The position numbers were made by a program, and so were the translations under genes. DNA of 64,000 nucleotides from Octopus sinensis (taxonomy: Eukaryota): the NCBI RefSeq assembly GCF_006345805.1, contig NC_043024.1, positions 10,354,001 through 10,418,000 of the forward strand. The letters are read 5' to 3'. The notes under the pieces are model-generated. The model was not told the origin of the DNA, did not search any database, and saw nothing but the letters and a program-made list of their open reading frames with translations. Shown here one piece after another: positions 50,946 through 64,000 of the stretch (position 1 is its first letter; every line of letters starts with the position of its first letter).

Positions 50946-51412
50946 AAAAAAAAAAGAATTACCTCAAAGCTTCAGACGGGTGTTTGTATATTTTTAGCAA
51001 TACGTTGTAGAGTAGGTGGAAGAGGCCAGATCTGGCCAGTTTGAAGGTAAAACAAGTAGAATATCTGGGCCAGATAGGTTTAAATGCTGGAGGGTTAAAT
51101 TAGAAACCTGAAACCTGAAGCAATGCCACGAAGCATTTTGTTTGGTGTGTTAACGACTCTGCCAGCTTTTCTCACCTGGCAGAAAAACAAAAAATAGCAG
51201 CATTGTTCAGGTGAGTCTTTATTGCAGTTCACCATTCTCTTCAAAAGAAGCACTTTATGCATAGATACCGAAAAAAAAAAAATTATCCTTTTTTTTCTTT
51301 TTTTTTTGTTTCCTGCAGTTGTGTTGTAGGTGGGTGGGGGTGGGATTCTAATTATGTGATGAAATTGATGAGGAGGTGGTTATATAATTATCTGGATAAG
51401 CAGGGTGAAAAT

Positions 51413-52045
51413 ATTTTTGTGAGGGAAAATGTAATTATGTGATGAGAGGGGTTAGGGTTAGGGTGAAAATATTTTGTGAAGAATGGGAAAAATATATTTG
51501 TAGATAGGTGCAGATATGGCTTTGTTGGTAAGAAATTTGCTTCCCAACCACATGGTTCGGGGTTCAGTCCCACCATGTGGCACCTTGAACAAGTTTCTTC
51601 TACTATAGCCAACCAAATTTTTGTGAGGGACAATGTAATTATGTGATGAGAGGGGTTAGAGTTAGGGTGAAAATATTTTGTGAAGAATGGGTAAAAATAT
51701 AATTTTGTAGATAGGTGCAGACATGGCTGTGTGGTAAGTAGCTTGTTTACCAACCACATGGTTCAGGGTTCAGTCCCACCATGTGGCACCTTGAGCAAGT
51801 TTCTTCTACTATAGCCTCAGGCCAACCAAATTTTTGTGAGGGAAAACGTAATTATGCGATGAGAGGGGTTAGGGTGAAAATATTTTGTGAAGAATGGGTA
51901 AAAATATAATTTTGTAGATAGGTGCAGACATGGCTGTGTGGTAAGTAGCTTGTTTACCAACCACATGGTTCAGAGTTCAGTCCCACCATGTGGCACCTTG
52001 GGCAATTTTCTTCTACTACAGCCTCAGGCCAACCAAAGCCATATG
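51413..52045 (+). repeat. Three 204-213 bp tandem units (unique spacer with TTAGGG + SINE A head)
   Basis: Unit starts ATTTTTGTGAGGG at 51413, 51617 and 51830. Confidence 0.85.
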
Positions 52046-52540
52046 AGTATATATAGTAGATGGAAACTGAAAGAAGCCTGTCGTATATGCGTGTGTGTGT
52101 CTTTGCGTATGTATTTGTCTCTCACCAACCACAGCTTGTGTTTATGTCCTTATAACTTAGCAGTTCATCAAAAGAGACTGATAGAATAATTACCAGGCCT
52201 TAAAAAAAAATCGGTCCTGGGGGTCGATTCATTCAACTAAAAATCCTTCAAGGTGTTGCCCCAGCATGGCCACAGTCCAATGGTTGAGACTAGATAGAGG
52301 ATAAGAGTGGAAATATAATTGGATGATAGGGGGAAAATATTAGCATGCAATAAGGGGGTGGGGTACAATTATGTGGTGGTGGCAGGGGCAAATATTTTTG
52401 CTGCAATCAAAAATTAATTTGATAAAGGGATTAAAAATATTTGATGATAAGAGGAAAAAACTTAAGAAATAATGATATGCATTCATAAAAAAAAAAATGA
52501 TATGATTAATTTTTTGCTGAGTAATTAGTATAATATTAAT

Positions 52541-54020
52541 AGTGTGGTAAGTAGCTTGCTTACCAACCACATGGTTCCGGGTTCAGTCCCACTGCGTGGG
52601 ATCTTGGGCAAGTGTCTTCTGCTATAGCCCCGGGCCGACCAATGCCTTGTGAGTGGATTTGGTAGACGGAAACTGAAAGAAGCCCGTTGTATATATGTAT
52701 GTGTATATATATATATATGCGTGTATGTGTTTGTGTGTCTGTGTTTGTCCCCCTAGCATTTGCTTGACAACCGATGCTGGTGTGTTTGTGTCCCCCGTTA
52801 CTTAGCAGTTCGGCAAAAGAGACCGATAGAATAAGTACTGGGCTTACAAAGAATAAGTCTCGGGGTCGATTTGCTCGACTAAAGGCGGTGCTCCAGTATG
52901 GCCGCAGTCAAATGACTGAAACAAGTAAAAGAGTAAAGAGTATGCATTCAAAAAAAAAAAAAAATATGATTCATTTTTTTGCTGAGTAATTAGTATAATA
53001 TTAATAATATTAGCCACTGATATTATTTTTATCTTCTCTACATAACTATTTCCAGTTAGCTTTTTTTTTTTTATCGATGTCTACATTGTTATTGTTTTTT
53101 TGTGCAGATGGCGACACTAAGTTATTTATTCTCTAAAGAATCCTCTCTTCTTTGCCAAGTAATGCACGGTGTTTGTATAGTCTTTACTCTCTTTTACTTG
53201 TTTCAGTCATTTGACTACTACGGCCATGCTGGATCACCGCCTTTAGTCGAGCAAATCAACCCCGGGACTTATTCTTTGTAAGCCCAGTACTTATTCTATC
53301 GGTCTCTTTTGCCGAACCGCTAAGTGACGGGGACGTAAACACACCAGCATCGGTTGTCAAGCAATGCTAGGGGGACATACACACACACACACACACACAC
53401 ATACACATATGTATATACATATATACGACAGGCTTCTTTCAGTTTCCGTCTACCAAATCCACTCACAAGGCATTGGCCGGCCCGGGGCTATAGCAGAAGA
53501 CACTTGCCCAAGATGCCATGCAGTGGGACTGAACCTGGAACCATGTGGTTGGTTGATGACATACTGAAGGCCAAACATGGGACGAAGCATTGAAGGCCAA
53601 TTTCAAAACACTGACACCATCCGAGTGTGATCTGACTGTCTTTACCTGCTACTATAGCCTCGGCCGACCAAGCCTTGTGAGTGGATTTGGTAGACGGAAA
53701 CTGAAAGGAAGCCCGTCGTATATATGTATATATATATACATATATATAATATATATATATAGGCGTAGGAGTGGCTGTGTGGTAAGTAGCTTGCTTACCA
53801 ACCACATGTTCTGGGTTCAGTCCCACTGCGTGGCACCTTGGGCAAGTGTCTTCTACTATAGCCTCGGGCCGACCAAAGCCTTGTGAGTGGATTTGGTAGA
53901 CGGAAACTGAAAGAAGCTCGTCTGCATATCTGTGTGTGTCTTTGTGTTTGTCCCCTTGTCAATGCTTTACAACCGGTGTTGGTGTGTTTACATTCCTGTA
54001 ACTTAGCAGTTCAACAAAAG
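52541..54020. mobile_element. Cluster of family A SINEs in alternating orientation (+52541-52940, -53183-53553, +53645-54020)
   Basis: Consensus match. Confidence 0.85.
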
Positions 54021-55515
54021 CGACTGGTAGAGACAGGAGGCCTGAAAGAGTTGTATTAGAGTGCAAAAAACTCTGTAGATCTGAGGTGTGTTTACTATCC
54101 AACCGTTATGGGGGGAGGGGTGGTGTTCTGCCCCCTATTCTCTCTCTCCACCTTCTGTACCCTAAGTGTATGCCCTCATTCTTCATCTCCACCATCCTTT
54201 CTCCCTTTCCTGCTGGGGCTAATCACATATCTTCTCCATGGCAACACATCTGTTCTTGTCCCACTTTTATAGTTTGGCCCCTCCCCTCTTACCCACTTCT
54301 TCATCCACAACTGAACAGTTGTTTATATTAAACAGAATTTTATTAGTATTTAGCCCCATATCAGCCCCAACTAATTGGCCCCAACAGCTGGCAGGGAATG
54401 GTGTCACCACCTGTGAGGTTTGCGGATGGCAGGGTGGGTAAGGAGTCGCATACTCTTCTTCTAAATGTCTGAGATCTTTAAGTTTGGCCTGGCCCTTGGG
54501 TGGCAGTAGTGCTAGTGGTGTGTGTGTGTGTAGTGGGGTGCTTTAAAGGGGTTCACTTTGCTGCAAGTGTCTCTAAGGTATTTATTCTCTAAAGAATCCC
54601 TGGGTTCTTTTCGGTTTGAACGGCAGTTTTTAACATAATTTCTAGGTAACTAAAAAATTTTAAACTTCGTATACTGGTAGAATGTGTTTATAAAACATCT
54701 TTTTCTCTTGGCTTTATTGACTGGCTTCTGTGCCGGTGGCACGTAAAAAGCACCAACCAATTGTGGCTGCTGCCAGCCTCCCCTGGCACCTGTGCAGGTG
54801 GCACATAAAAAGCACCTACTACACTCACGGAGTGGTTGGCGTTAGGATGGGCATCCAGCTGTACAAATACTGCCAGATCAGACTGGAGCCTGGTGCAGCC
54901 TCCTGGCTTCCCAGACCCTGGTCGAACCGTCCAACCCGTGCTAGCACAGAAAACGGACATTAAACGGTGATGATGGTGATGATTGTCAGTTTTCGCAGAT
55001 CCTCCTAGCAAAGCAGCCATAAATACTGTTGTCATGGTGCAAAAAGAAAAGTTGAAAAAAATAAAAATTTTTAAAAATCAAAAGGGAAATAGAAATAAGA
55101 TTACTACCAAAAAGCAAACAGACAAATCTAAGATAAATATATTTAAAAAACTGCTTTAGTGTTTTCAAAGTTAGTCATGTCTGTAAGCGGTTTGTGTTAT
55201 GTAGACCAAGTCAGGATACATAAAGATTTGGTTTTGAATAAAGCCTTTGTCAAAAGCTAAACCACACACACACACACACCCACCATCATCGCTACCATCA
55301 CCACCACCACCATGCTTTGTAATGAGTGAAGCCAGTGTATGTAGAATCTTGGTTTATAAAAAGCGTTGCCAGTCACTCAATGCCGGAGACTTTGGTGTGA
55401 TGTTATATAACCATATAACCATACCCTCTCTCTCTCTCTCCCTCCCCAACTTGCCATACCCTACTGTACACCCGCCCACTGTATCTGAATAGGTTTTATC
55501 AGAAAGGGACAATAC

Positions 55516-55750
55516 CTATTTCTTTACTACCCAGAAGGGGCTAAACACAGAGGGGAGAAACAAGGACAGACACACGGATTAAGTCGATTGAATCGACCCC
55601 AGTGCTTAACTGGTACTTATTTAATCGACCCCGAAAGGATGAAAGGCAAAGTCGACCTCGGCGGAATTTGAACTCAGAACGTAGCGGCAGATGAAATACT
55701 GCTAAGCATTTCGCCCAGCGTGCTAACATTTCTGCCAGCTCGCTGCCTTA
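55516..55750 (-). mobile_element. SINE family B monomer
   Basis: Consensus match. Confidence 0.85.
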
Positions 55751-55875
55751 TTTCTAAACTTTTCTGTTGATCAAAGACTCCTGGACTGACCTCGAGGATT
55801 CTTCGACAGCCGGATGCACTGTGATCCATCTTCTTCAATATGATGTCCTGGTCATCATCAACAACAATGGACAAA

Positions 55876-55907
<32 letters not shown>

Positions 55908-56276
55908 GGGCAGTGAGCTGGCAGAAACGTTATCACATTGGGCAAAATGCTTAGCAGCATTTTGTCCATCCTTACGTTCTGAGTTCAAATCCCGACCTGC
56001 ACACCATAACTGAAATCCTAAAGCCAAGTAGAAGGGATTGGTGTGGACGCTGGTGCTATGTAAAAGCAATCTTCTTAACCATTCCACCATGCTTGACCTT
56101 CTCTACTTGTTAATATTTAATTGATATAAAACCATTAACGTTATATAATAAATCATATTGTATACAAAACTATTTTATTCTTTTACTTGTTTCAGTCTTT
56201 TGACTGTGTCCATGCTGGAGCACTGCCTTCAAAAGTTTTAGTTGAAGAAATTGACCCCAGGATGTATTATCTCCTA

Positions 56277-56515
56277 GTTAGTTAGTTAATTTTTTGGCTC
56301 AAAAAGCAAAAAGCAAGGCCATGTAGGGAGGGTGTTCATGCAAAGAGTTCAGGCCATTTGTGGTCAAGGGAGACTTTGAACCGAGCGGTCGTCGGCATCT
56401 TTACTATCTCGTCCGGCAGCTTATTCCACGGATCCGCAAACCGGACGGAGAAAACCCCTCTCCTTCGATTGAGATGAAATCGTCGCAGATAGAGCTTTTC
56501 GGAGTGACCCCGAAA
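56277..56515 (-). mobile_element. Second CR1 3' end with (TAAC)n tail, inserted in a family A SINE (56165-56810)
   Basis: High similarity to 38971-39220. Confidence 0.85.
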
Positions 56516-57132
56516 CCTAGTACTTGTTCTATCAGTCTCTTTTGCTGAACCGCTAAGTTATGGGGACATAAACACACCACCAGCATCACACACACTCACA
56601 CAAATAAATATATCTCTGTAATTACTTCTCTCTAGGGCATTTCCTTTACCCTTGTAACAGTTGACTGATGCTGCAACATCAGTCATTTCTGAACAACTTG
56701 ATTGACTATATAGGTAACCAGCCCATATCCTACTTGCCCAAGGTGCCACGCAGTGGGACTGAACCCGGAACCATGTAGTTGGTAAGCAAGCTACTTACCA
56801 CACAGCCATAATAATGATTTCTTTATTAACCACAAGGGGGTTTGCATTAAGTAATGATGATGATAATAATAATAAGAATAATAATAATAATTCAATGTTT
56901 GGTTGGGATGGAAGTATTTTCATCCAGTGAGAAGAAGAAGGGTTAGTTAGATGTGGGGTGGGATAGTCCTGTTTATTGCTGCCCTCTATTTCAATATATT
57001 GTACTGTCTCTTGTTTTTGTAGACATCACTTGACAATCGTATACACACTACACACACACACAAGCAGTGTGCATGCATGTGTATACTACAGTCTACTTAT
57101 GTTTAATATATATATTTATATATATATATATA

Positions 57133-57465
57133 CTAGCAGTGTAACCCGGCGTTGCTCGGGTTTGTTTCGACCCTTTAGAATTGGAATTTTTGAAAAGTAA
57201 ACATTTTGCATTATGTAGCTTGTTATTCTCTTTAAGTGAACATTTTTCTGGTTGAAATACACCGAAAAATGGCGACACAGCAGTCAAAAATCGTAAAAAA
57301 TAGGGATTTTCATAGAAAAAAATGCATCTTTTTGCTGTAAATAATTTTTGGTGTTAACATGGTCCAATTTGAATTTTTTCTTCTATGGAAGGGAGAGCAA
57401 ACCTTCTTCTATCATACTCTCAATTTTGGTCAACTTGCATCACAGGGTCTTGGAGGAGATAGTGT
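57133..57465 (-). mobile_element. Non-autonomous Helitron 3' part
   Basis: Minus strand ends CCCGAGCAACGCCGGG-TTACACTG-CTAG|T (hairpin + CTAG); matches 61504-61892. Confidence 0.7.
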
Positions 57466-57863
57466 ATAAAAAATTGCCGAAATTGCGAGGATGATCCGGT
57501 TCTTGACTGAAGATTGAAGGCTTCAAATGTCCCGTCCGTGTTTATTGTATCGTCTTCTAAATGTTTTACGTTCTTGTCCCAGTTTGTATTTTTCTACATA
57601 TAATAATATATAATCTGTATTTTTGTTATTTTTTATTTGCCCTGTCCGTGTGAGCTAACAATCGTACTGACTTTCATGGGAAACATGTATTTTTGTGGTT
57701 GAAACCTATTGGATTAACTGGTGCTAGAGTGAGCCATATAGTGACCACTCTCTTATATTTATTTTATATATATATATATATATATTTATTGATGATAGAT
57801 GTATGTATATATATATATATATATGGAAAACAGATGTTAAATGATGATGATGATATATATATA

Positions 57864-57901
<38 letters not shown>

Positions 57902-58151
57902 CACATACACACACACATGTATAAAATAAACACATACTGTATCCTGTTTTTGCAGATAATACTTATCAGGTCTCACACACTTCTGCCCAATTATGTACAC
58001 ATTCACACTTTCACACACACACACACACTTCTATACTATTGCTCTGACATTCACATACTTGTCTCCAATGACATACAAAGCGGTCGGACACAAGTGCGTG
58101 TAGTGACATAGCCATGTACTTGTACACATATCACATAAACCCTGTGAGTGT

Positions 58152-58189
<38 letters not shown>

Positions 58190-58284
58190 TCACCATTTCA
58201 ACATCCGGTTTCCATGCTGGCATGGGTTGGACGTTTTGACCAGAGCTGGTCACCTACTGAGCTGCCTGGGCTCCATGTCTGTTT

Positions 58285-58500
58285 TGTGGCTTGGTTTCTA
58301 TACTCTTTTACTCTTTTATTTGTTTCGGTCATTTTGACTGTGGCCATGCTGGAACACTGCCTTTGGTCGAGCAAATCGACCCCAGGACTTATTGTTTGTA
58401 AGCCTAGTACTTATTCTATCGGTCTCTCTTTTTGCCGAACCGCTATGTTACAGGGATGTAAACACACCAGCATCGGTTGTCAAGCGACAGACACACAAAA

Positions 58501-58555
<55 letters not shown>

Positions 58556-58715
58556 TACGACGTGCTTCTTTCAGTTTCCGTCTACCAAATCCACTCATAA
58601 GGCCGAGGCTATAGTAGAAGACACTTACCCAAGGTGCCACGCAACGCAGTGGGACTGAACCTGGAACCATGTGGTTCGTAAGCAAGCTACTTACCACACA
58701 GCCACTCCTACACCT
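58285..58715 (-). mobile_element. SINE family A
   Basis: Consensus match with small deletions. Confidence 0.85.
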
Positions 58716-60363
58716 CTATGGTCGGATGCCCTTCTTAACGCCAACCACTTTGCAAAGTGGTGTACTGGTAGCTTTCACCTGGCGCCAGCATGGGTGCCTT
58801 TTATGTGACACCAGTACCCATGAGCCCACAAGCTCAGGATCACTCAAATGAGGGAGGGATGTAGGGGACATGCCTATATGCAAGGACAACCATAAGTTTT
58901 CTTAGCTAGACACAGCAGACCATCAAAAGTCTCTGCCCCTTGTCATTCCCTCTGTGAGGCCCAACATCTGAAGATCCAGTTCCCTCAGCTGTAGAAATGA
59001 GTTGCGACGTCACTGGTGCCAAGCTGTATCGGCCCCTTTGCCTTTCCCTTGGATAACATTGGTGGTGTTATGAGGGGAGGCCGGTATGCATGGGCGACTA
59101 CTGGCCTTCCACAAACAACTTTGCCCAGAATTGTGCCCTGTAGAGGGAACTTAGAAGGTGCAATCCCATTGACATTCATGATTGAAGAAATTTTTACCAT
59201 TACCATAGCATCGTCATCATCATCATCATTTAACATCCGTTGTCCTGGCTGGCATGGGTTGGATAGTTTGACTGGGCTGGCATGCTGGAAGGTTGCACCA
59301 GACTCCAGTCTGATTTGGCATGGTTTCCTACAGCTGGATGCCCTTCCTAGTGCCAACTACTCCAAGAGTATAATGGGTGCTTTTACGTGCCATTTGCATG
59401 ACACCAGGGTACTTTTACATGCTACCAGCATGGGTGACATTATGTATATATATATATATTTTTTTTTTTTTTGTACTTGTTTCAGTCATTTGACTGCGGC
59501 CATGCTGGAGCACCGCCTTTTAGAGTGGTGAAAGAGTACAGCAGGGATCACCACCATCCCCTGCCGGAGCCTCGTGGAGCTTTTAGGTGTTTTCGCTCAA
59601 TAAACACACACAACGCCCGGTCTGGGAATCGAAACCGCGATCCTCCGACCGCAAGTCCGCTGCCCTAACCACTGGGGCATATATATATAATAATAATAAT
59701 AATAATATGAGGGAATATATATATATATATATATGTGTGTATATATATGAGTCAGGAGGTATGAGATGAACATATTTATTTCACCATTTGATATCCATAA
59801 GGTTACAAACATTTTGCCACTGACATTATGGAAAGAATAATCTAACTTTAGTGTATATGTCATAAATTACTTGGTATTATTGTACATTTTGCAAGCTTAT
59901 TCATGTATAGAAGGTGGACCCAACAGATCCGATGGGGCTCTGTTTGTTCAACCAACTGAATTTTCTGTTCATGAATTAACATCAAAGTGGGTCAGTATTT
60001 CAAAGACACGTGGATGTCCTCTACCTAATTCTCGGCCACAGTCAGTGTGACACAGTAAGTGAAGTGTGACGAGGCTGTTCCTTTTGAATTACATAACACA
60101 ATTCAACCAGTCACTGACCGACCGGTTTCTGCTGTTTCTGCCAACCCAGTTCTTCTCGCGTGACAACGAGGCAGTGTAGCACAGGTCAACTTGAGGTTAT
60201 AGAAAATGACATCTGCCTAATAAAAATGCTGTGCAGTAGGAATGAACCCATACCTTTGTGGTTGCAAAGTGAACTTGTTAACCATTCAACCTTACTACAT
60301 ACATTCACACACACAAAGCTAGAAACCCATGCATGCATATGTGTATATAGTTACATATGTTCG

Positions 60364-60781
60364 AAGGCAGCAAGCTGGCAGACACGTTAGCGTGCCGGGC
60401 GAAATGCTTAGCGGTATTTCGTCTGTCGTGACGTTGTGAGTTCAAATTCCACCGAGGTCGACTTTGCCTTTCATCCTTTCAGGGTCGATTAAATAAGTAC
60501 CATTTTCGCACTGGGGTCGATATAATCGACTTAATACCTATGTCTGTCCTTGTTTGTCCCCTCTGTGTTCAGCCCCTTGTGGCTAGTAAAGAAATAGGTA
60601 TTTCGTCTGTCGTTACGTTCTGAGTTCAAATTCTGCCAAGGTCAACTTTGCCTTTCATCCTTTCAGGGGCGATAAATAAAGTACCATTTTTGCACTGGGG
60701 TCGATGTAATCGACTTAATTCCTTTGTCTGTCCTTGTTTGTCCCCTCTATGTTTAGCCCCTTGTGGGCAATAAAGAAATAT
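60364..60781 (+). mobile_element. SINE family B dimer
   Basis: Same internal junction. Confidence 0.88.
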
Positions 60782-61503
60782 ATATAGTTACATATATTCA
60801 CATATATGTGTATGTAGATTTATGCACACACACACACAAAGCTAGATACCTACACACATGCAAGTGTATATAGTTAAAAATTGTTTGTTCCTTCTCGAGC
60901 CATGCCTGGCTCATAAGGGCCGGTTTCCCAGTTTCCTTGGCGTATAGCTTCCCCACCTGGACGGGACGCCGGTCCGTCGCAGAAAGTTGTGGCGAAGGAG
61001 TCAGCAGAAGTTCGCCATTACCTTCAGCCGGAACCGCACGAAGCTTAGGTGTTTCGCTCATAAACACACACATCGCCCGGTCTGAGATTCGAACCTCCAA
61101 TCCCTCGATTGCGAGTCTGCTGCTCTAACCACTAGGCCATGGGCCTCCACTTATAGTTAAATACATTCATATATACATGTATGTCAAATTAAGCCAACAC
61201 GTACTTGTATTTAGTGATACTTGTATTTAGTGATAAAGAGACACTTGTATAAGACTTGGTTTCAAAATTTTGCTCAAGGTTATCAGTTTTGAGGGGAGGG
61301 GGTCTAGCGCATTTAAATCGACCCCAGTGCTCAGCTGGTACTTATTTTATCGACTCCCCCAAAAAGATGAAAGGACAAGTCAACCGCAGGGGAATTTTAA
61401 GCTCAGAATGTAGAGATGGACAAAGCATTTTGTCCAGCTTGCTAACTAGGCCCATCACCAGACTTTGGTACTTTGGGGTGCTCCCAAATATTCTGGGTTC
61501 GCA

Positions 61504-61892
61504 CTATATATATAAAGCTGAAGTTGTCTGTGTATGGCAGGTTTGGTAGCCTTCACCTAACACTATCTCCTCCGAAACCCTGCGGCGCAAGTTGACCAAA
61601 ATTGAGAGTATGATAGAAGAAGGCTTGCTCTTCCTTCCGTAGAAGATAAAATTCAAATCAGACCATGTTAACACCAAAAATTATTTACATCAAAAAGGTG
61701 CTTTTTTTTTTCTATGAAAATCCCTATCTTTTACGATTTTTTGACTGCTGTGTCGCCATTTTTCGGTGTATTTCAACCAGAAAAATGTTCACTTAAAGAG
61801 AATAACAAGCTACATAATACAGAATTTTTACTTTTCAAAAATTCCAATTCTAAAGGGTCGAAACAAACCCGAGCAACACCAGGCGATCCTGC
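61504..61892 (+). mobile_element. Non-autonomous Helitron
   Basis: CTATATATATAAAG 5' end; CCCGAGCAACACCAGG 3' hairpin. Confidence 0.7.
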
Positions 61893-62168
61893 TTGTTTGT
61901 AAGAATGCAGAAGTGGAGTTTCAAAATAAGTGCATCACTCTAAATCTGAGGATTCACCATTGAATAGTGAGGGGGCAGGGTTATCCAGTGCACCCCCCTT
62001 GGCAACGAGCATGGTGATAACGATTCTGCCGGCTTACTGCCTTACACCTGTATTAACTTGTCACTATTTCCACTGCGCTTGAGACATATTCAGGCCTGTA
62101 CAGAAAGACATTGACTGTATTTTGTCATGGAGACATACCAAGTCTACCCAGAGTACTCTCTAACCCAC

Positions 62169-62460
62169 ATGGCCTAGTGGTTAGAGCAGCAGACTCACGG
62201 TCGAGGGATCGCGGGTTCGAATCTCAGACCAGGCGATGTGTGTGTTTATGAGCGAAACACCTAAGCTCTACGCGGCTCCGGCAGAAGGTAATGGCGAACT
62301 TCTGCTGACTCTTTCGCCACAACTTTCTCCCACTCTTTCCTCCTGCATCTTGCAGCTCACCTGCGACGGACCGGCGTCCCGTCCAGGTGGGGAGCCTATA
62401 CGCCAAGGAAGCCGGGAAACTGGCCCTTACGAGCCAGGCTTGGCTCGAGAAGGAACAAAC
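62169..62460 (+). mobile_element. SINE family C
   Basis: Full-length match. Confidence 0.85.
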
Positions 62461-62744
62461 TCTCTAACCCAGGGGTTGGCAAACCAGGGAAAATCACCTC
62501 AAGTAGGGTAAAAATGAAATTCTTGGGGTTAATGAGGACTCATTAGACACAATTAAAATTATATAAAAAACATTTTCCTTGATATGATAAATTTTTCTTC
62601 TGGCAAAACTGCATCTGTCCAATGTAATGGGTGTGTAAATAGATCCAATAAACCTTCTGAATTCAAAGAATCTGATTTTCTTCCTTTCAAATCAAAGGGG
62701 GTAACATCGGCGTAAATAAATATATTTTGGGGGTAATTGATTTT

Positions 62745-63188
62745 GCTTACAAACCACATGGTTCCAGGTTCAGTCCCACTGCGTGGCACCTTGGGCAAGT
62801 GTCTTCTACTATAGCCTCGGGCCGACCAAAGCCTTGTGAGTGGATTTGGTAGACGGAAACTGAAAGAAGCCCGTCCTATATATGTATATATATGTGTATG
62901 TGTGTGTATATGTTTGTGTGTCTGTGTTTGTCCCCCCAACATCGCTTGACAACCGATGCTGGTGTGTTTAGTTTATATCCCCGTTACTTAGCGGTTCGGC
63001 AAAGGAGACCGATAGAATACAAAGAATAAGTTCTGGGGTCGATTTGCTCGACTAAAAAAGGCGGTGCTCCAGCATGGCCGCAGTCAAAATGACTGAAACA
63101 AGTAAAAGAGTAAAGAGAGAGAGAGAGAGAGAGTACATATAAGCCTTGTGAGTGGATTTGGTAGACGGAAACTGAAAGAAGCCCGTCG

Positions 63189-63229
<41 letters not shown>

Positions 63230-63425
63230 GTATATATATGTGTATGTGTATGTATGTGTTTCTGTGTCTGTGTTTGTCCCCCCAACATCACTTGACTACC
63301 AATGCTGGTGTGTTTACATCCCCGTAACTTAGCGGTTCGGCAAAAGAGGCCAATAAAAATTCTTCGAGGCGGTGCCTCAGCATGGCCGCAGTCACACAGT
63401 CCGATGACTGAAACAAGTAAAAGAA
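62745..63425 (+). mobile_element. Two tandem family A SINEs
   Basis: Consensus match. Confidence 0.85.
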
Positions 63426-63534
63426 TAACAGAATAAAAGAATACTCAAGAATTAGGAATTCATTCTTCCACGCACTTCCCTCTCTCTCTCTTTCTCTCTC
63501 TCACGCTGACAGACACACGTTCCTAACATCACAG

Positions 63535-63960
63535 TGTCACTGACACACAAACACACATATACACAGACGCGCACACACACATACACATGCACACACATAT
63601 ATACACACACACATACACACATATACACACACACATATACACACACACATATACACACACACATATATACACACACACATATACACACACACACATACAC
63701 ACACACATATACACACACACATATACACACACACATATACACACACATATATACACACACACATATATACACACACACATATACCACACATATACACATA
63801 CACACATATATACACACACACATACACACACATACACAGACACACACACACACATACACACACATACACACACATATACACACAGACACATACACATATA
63901 CACACACACACATACACACAGACACACACACATACACATATACAACACACACACACACGC
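63535..63960 (+). repeat. Compound (CA)n/(TA)n microsatellite
   Basis: Direct inspection. Confidence 0.95.
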
Positions 63961-64000
63961 TTGGAGTCCAGTAAATAGCTGTGGAATGTTGTCAAGGATG

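Noticed and set aside
51440-51880. Interstitial telomere
   Set aside because: At most two consecutive TTAGGG per unit; the similar GGGTTAGGGG in the GGATC MITE is also short.

Overview
AT-rich, repeat-saturated eukaryotic genomic DNA, most likely from an Octopus species (inferred from the SINE families, not verified by search). Two housekeeping genes are divergently oriented. NUP43 is on the - strand, with coding exons 1-7 running from 16552 down to 1406 and the last exon beyond the left edge. ARPC2 is on the + strand, with its first coding exon at 28873-28946; I found no later exon in the remaining 35 kb, which includes a 100-N gap. The rest is mostly tRNA-derived SINEs (CORE-, Meta- and V-like domains), an RTE-tail repeat with an internal VNTR, MITEs, Helitron and LINE fragments, and microsatellites. 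Almost all ORF-track entries are repeat artefacts. The most interesting signal is a tRNA-headed SINE-like element whose tail carries a Penelope-type minimal hammerhead ribozyme (3 degenerate copies, two fused head-to-head). A second hammerhead-like motif lies sense within a NUP43 intron. Also notable are Meta-SINE multimers with a recurrent junction and several repeat-derived foldbacks.
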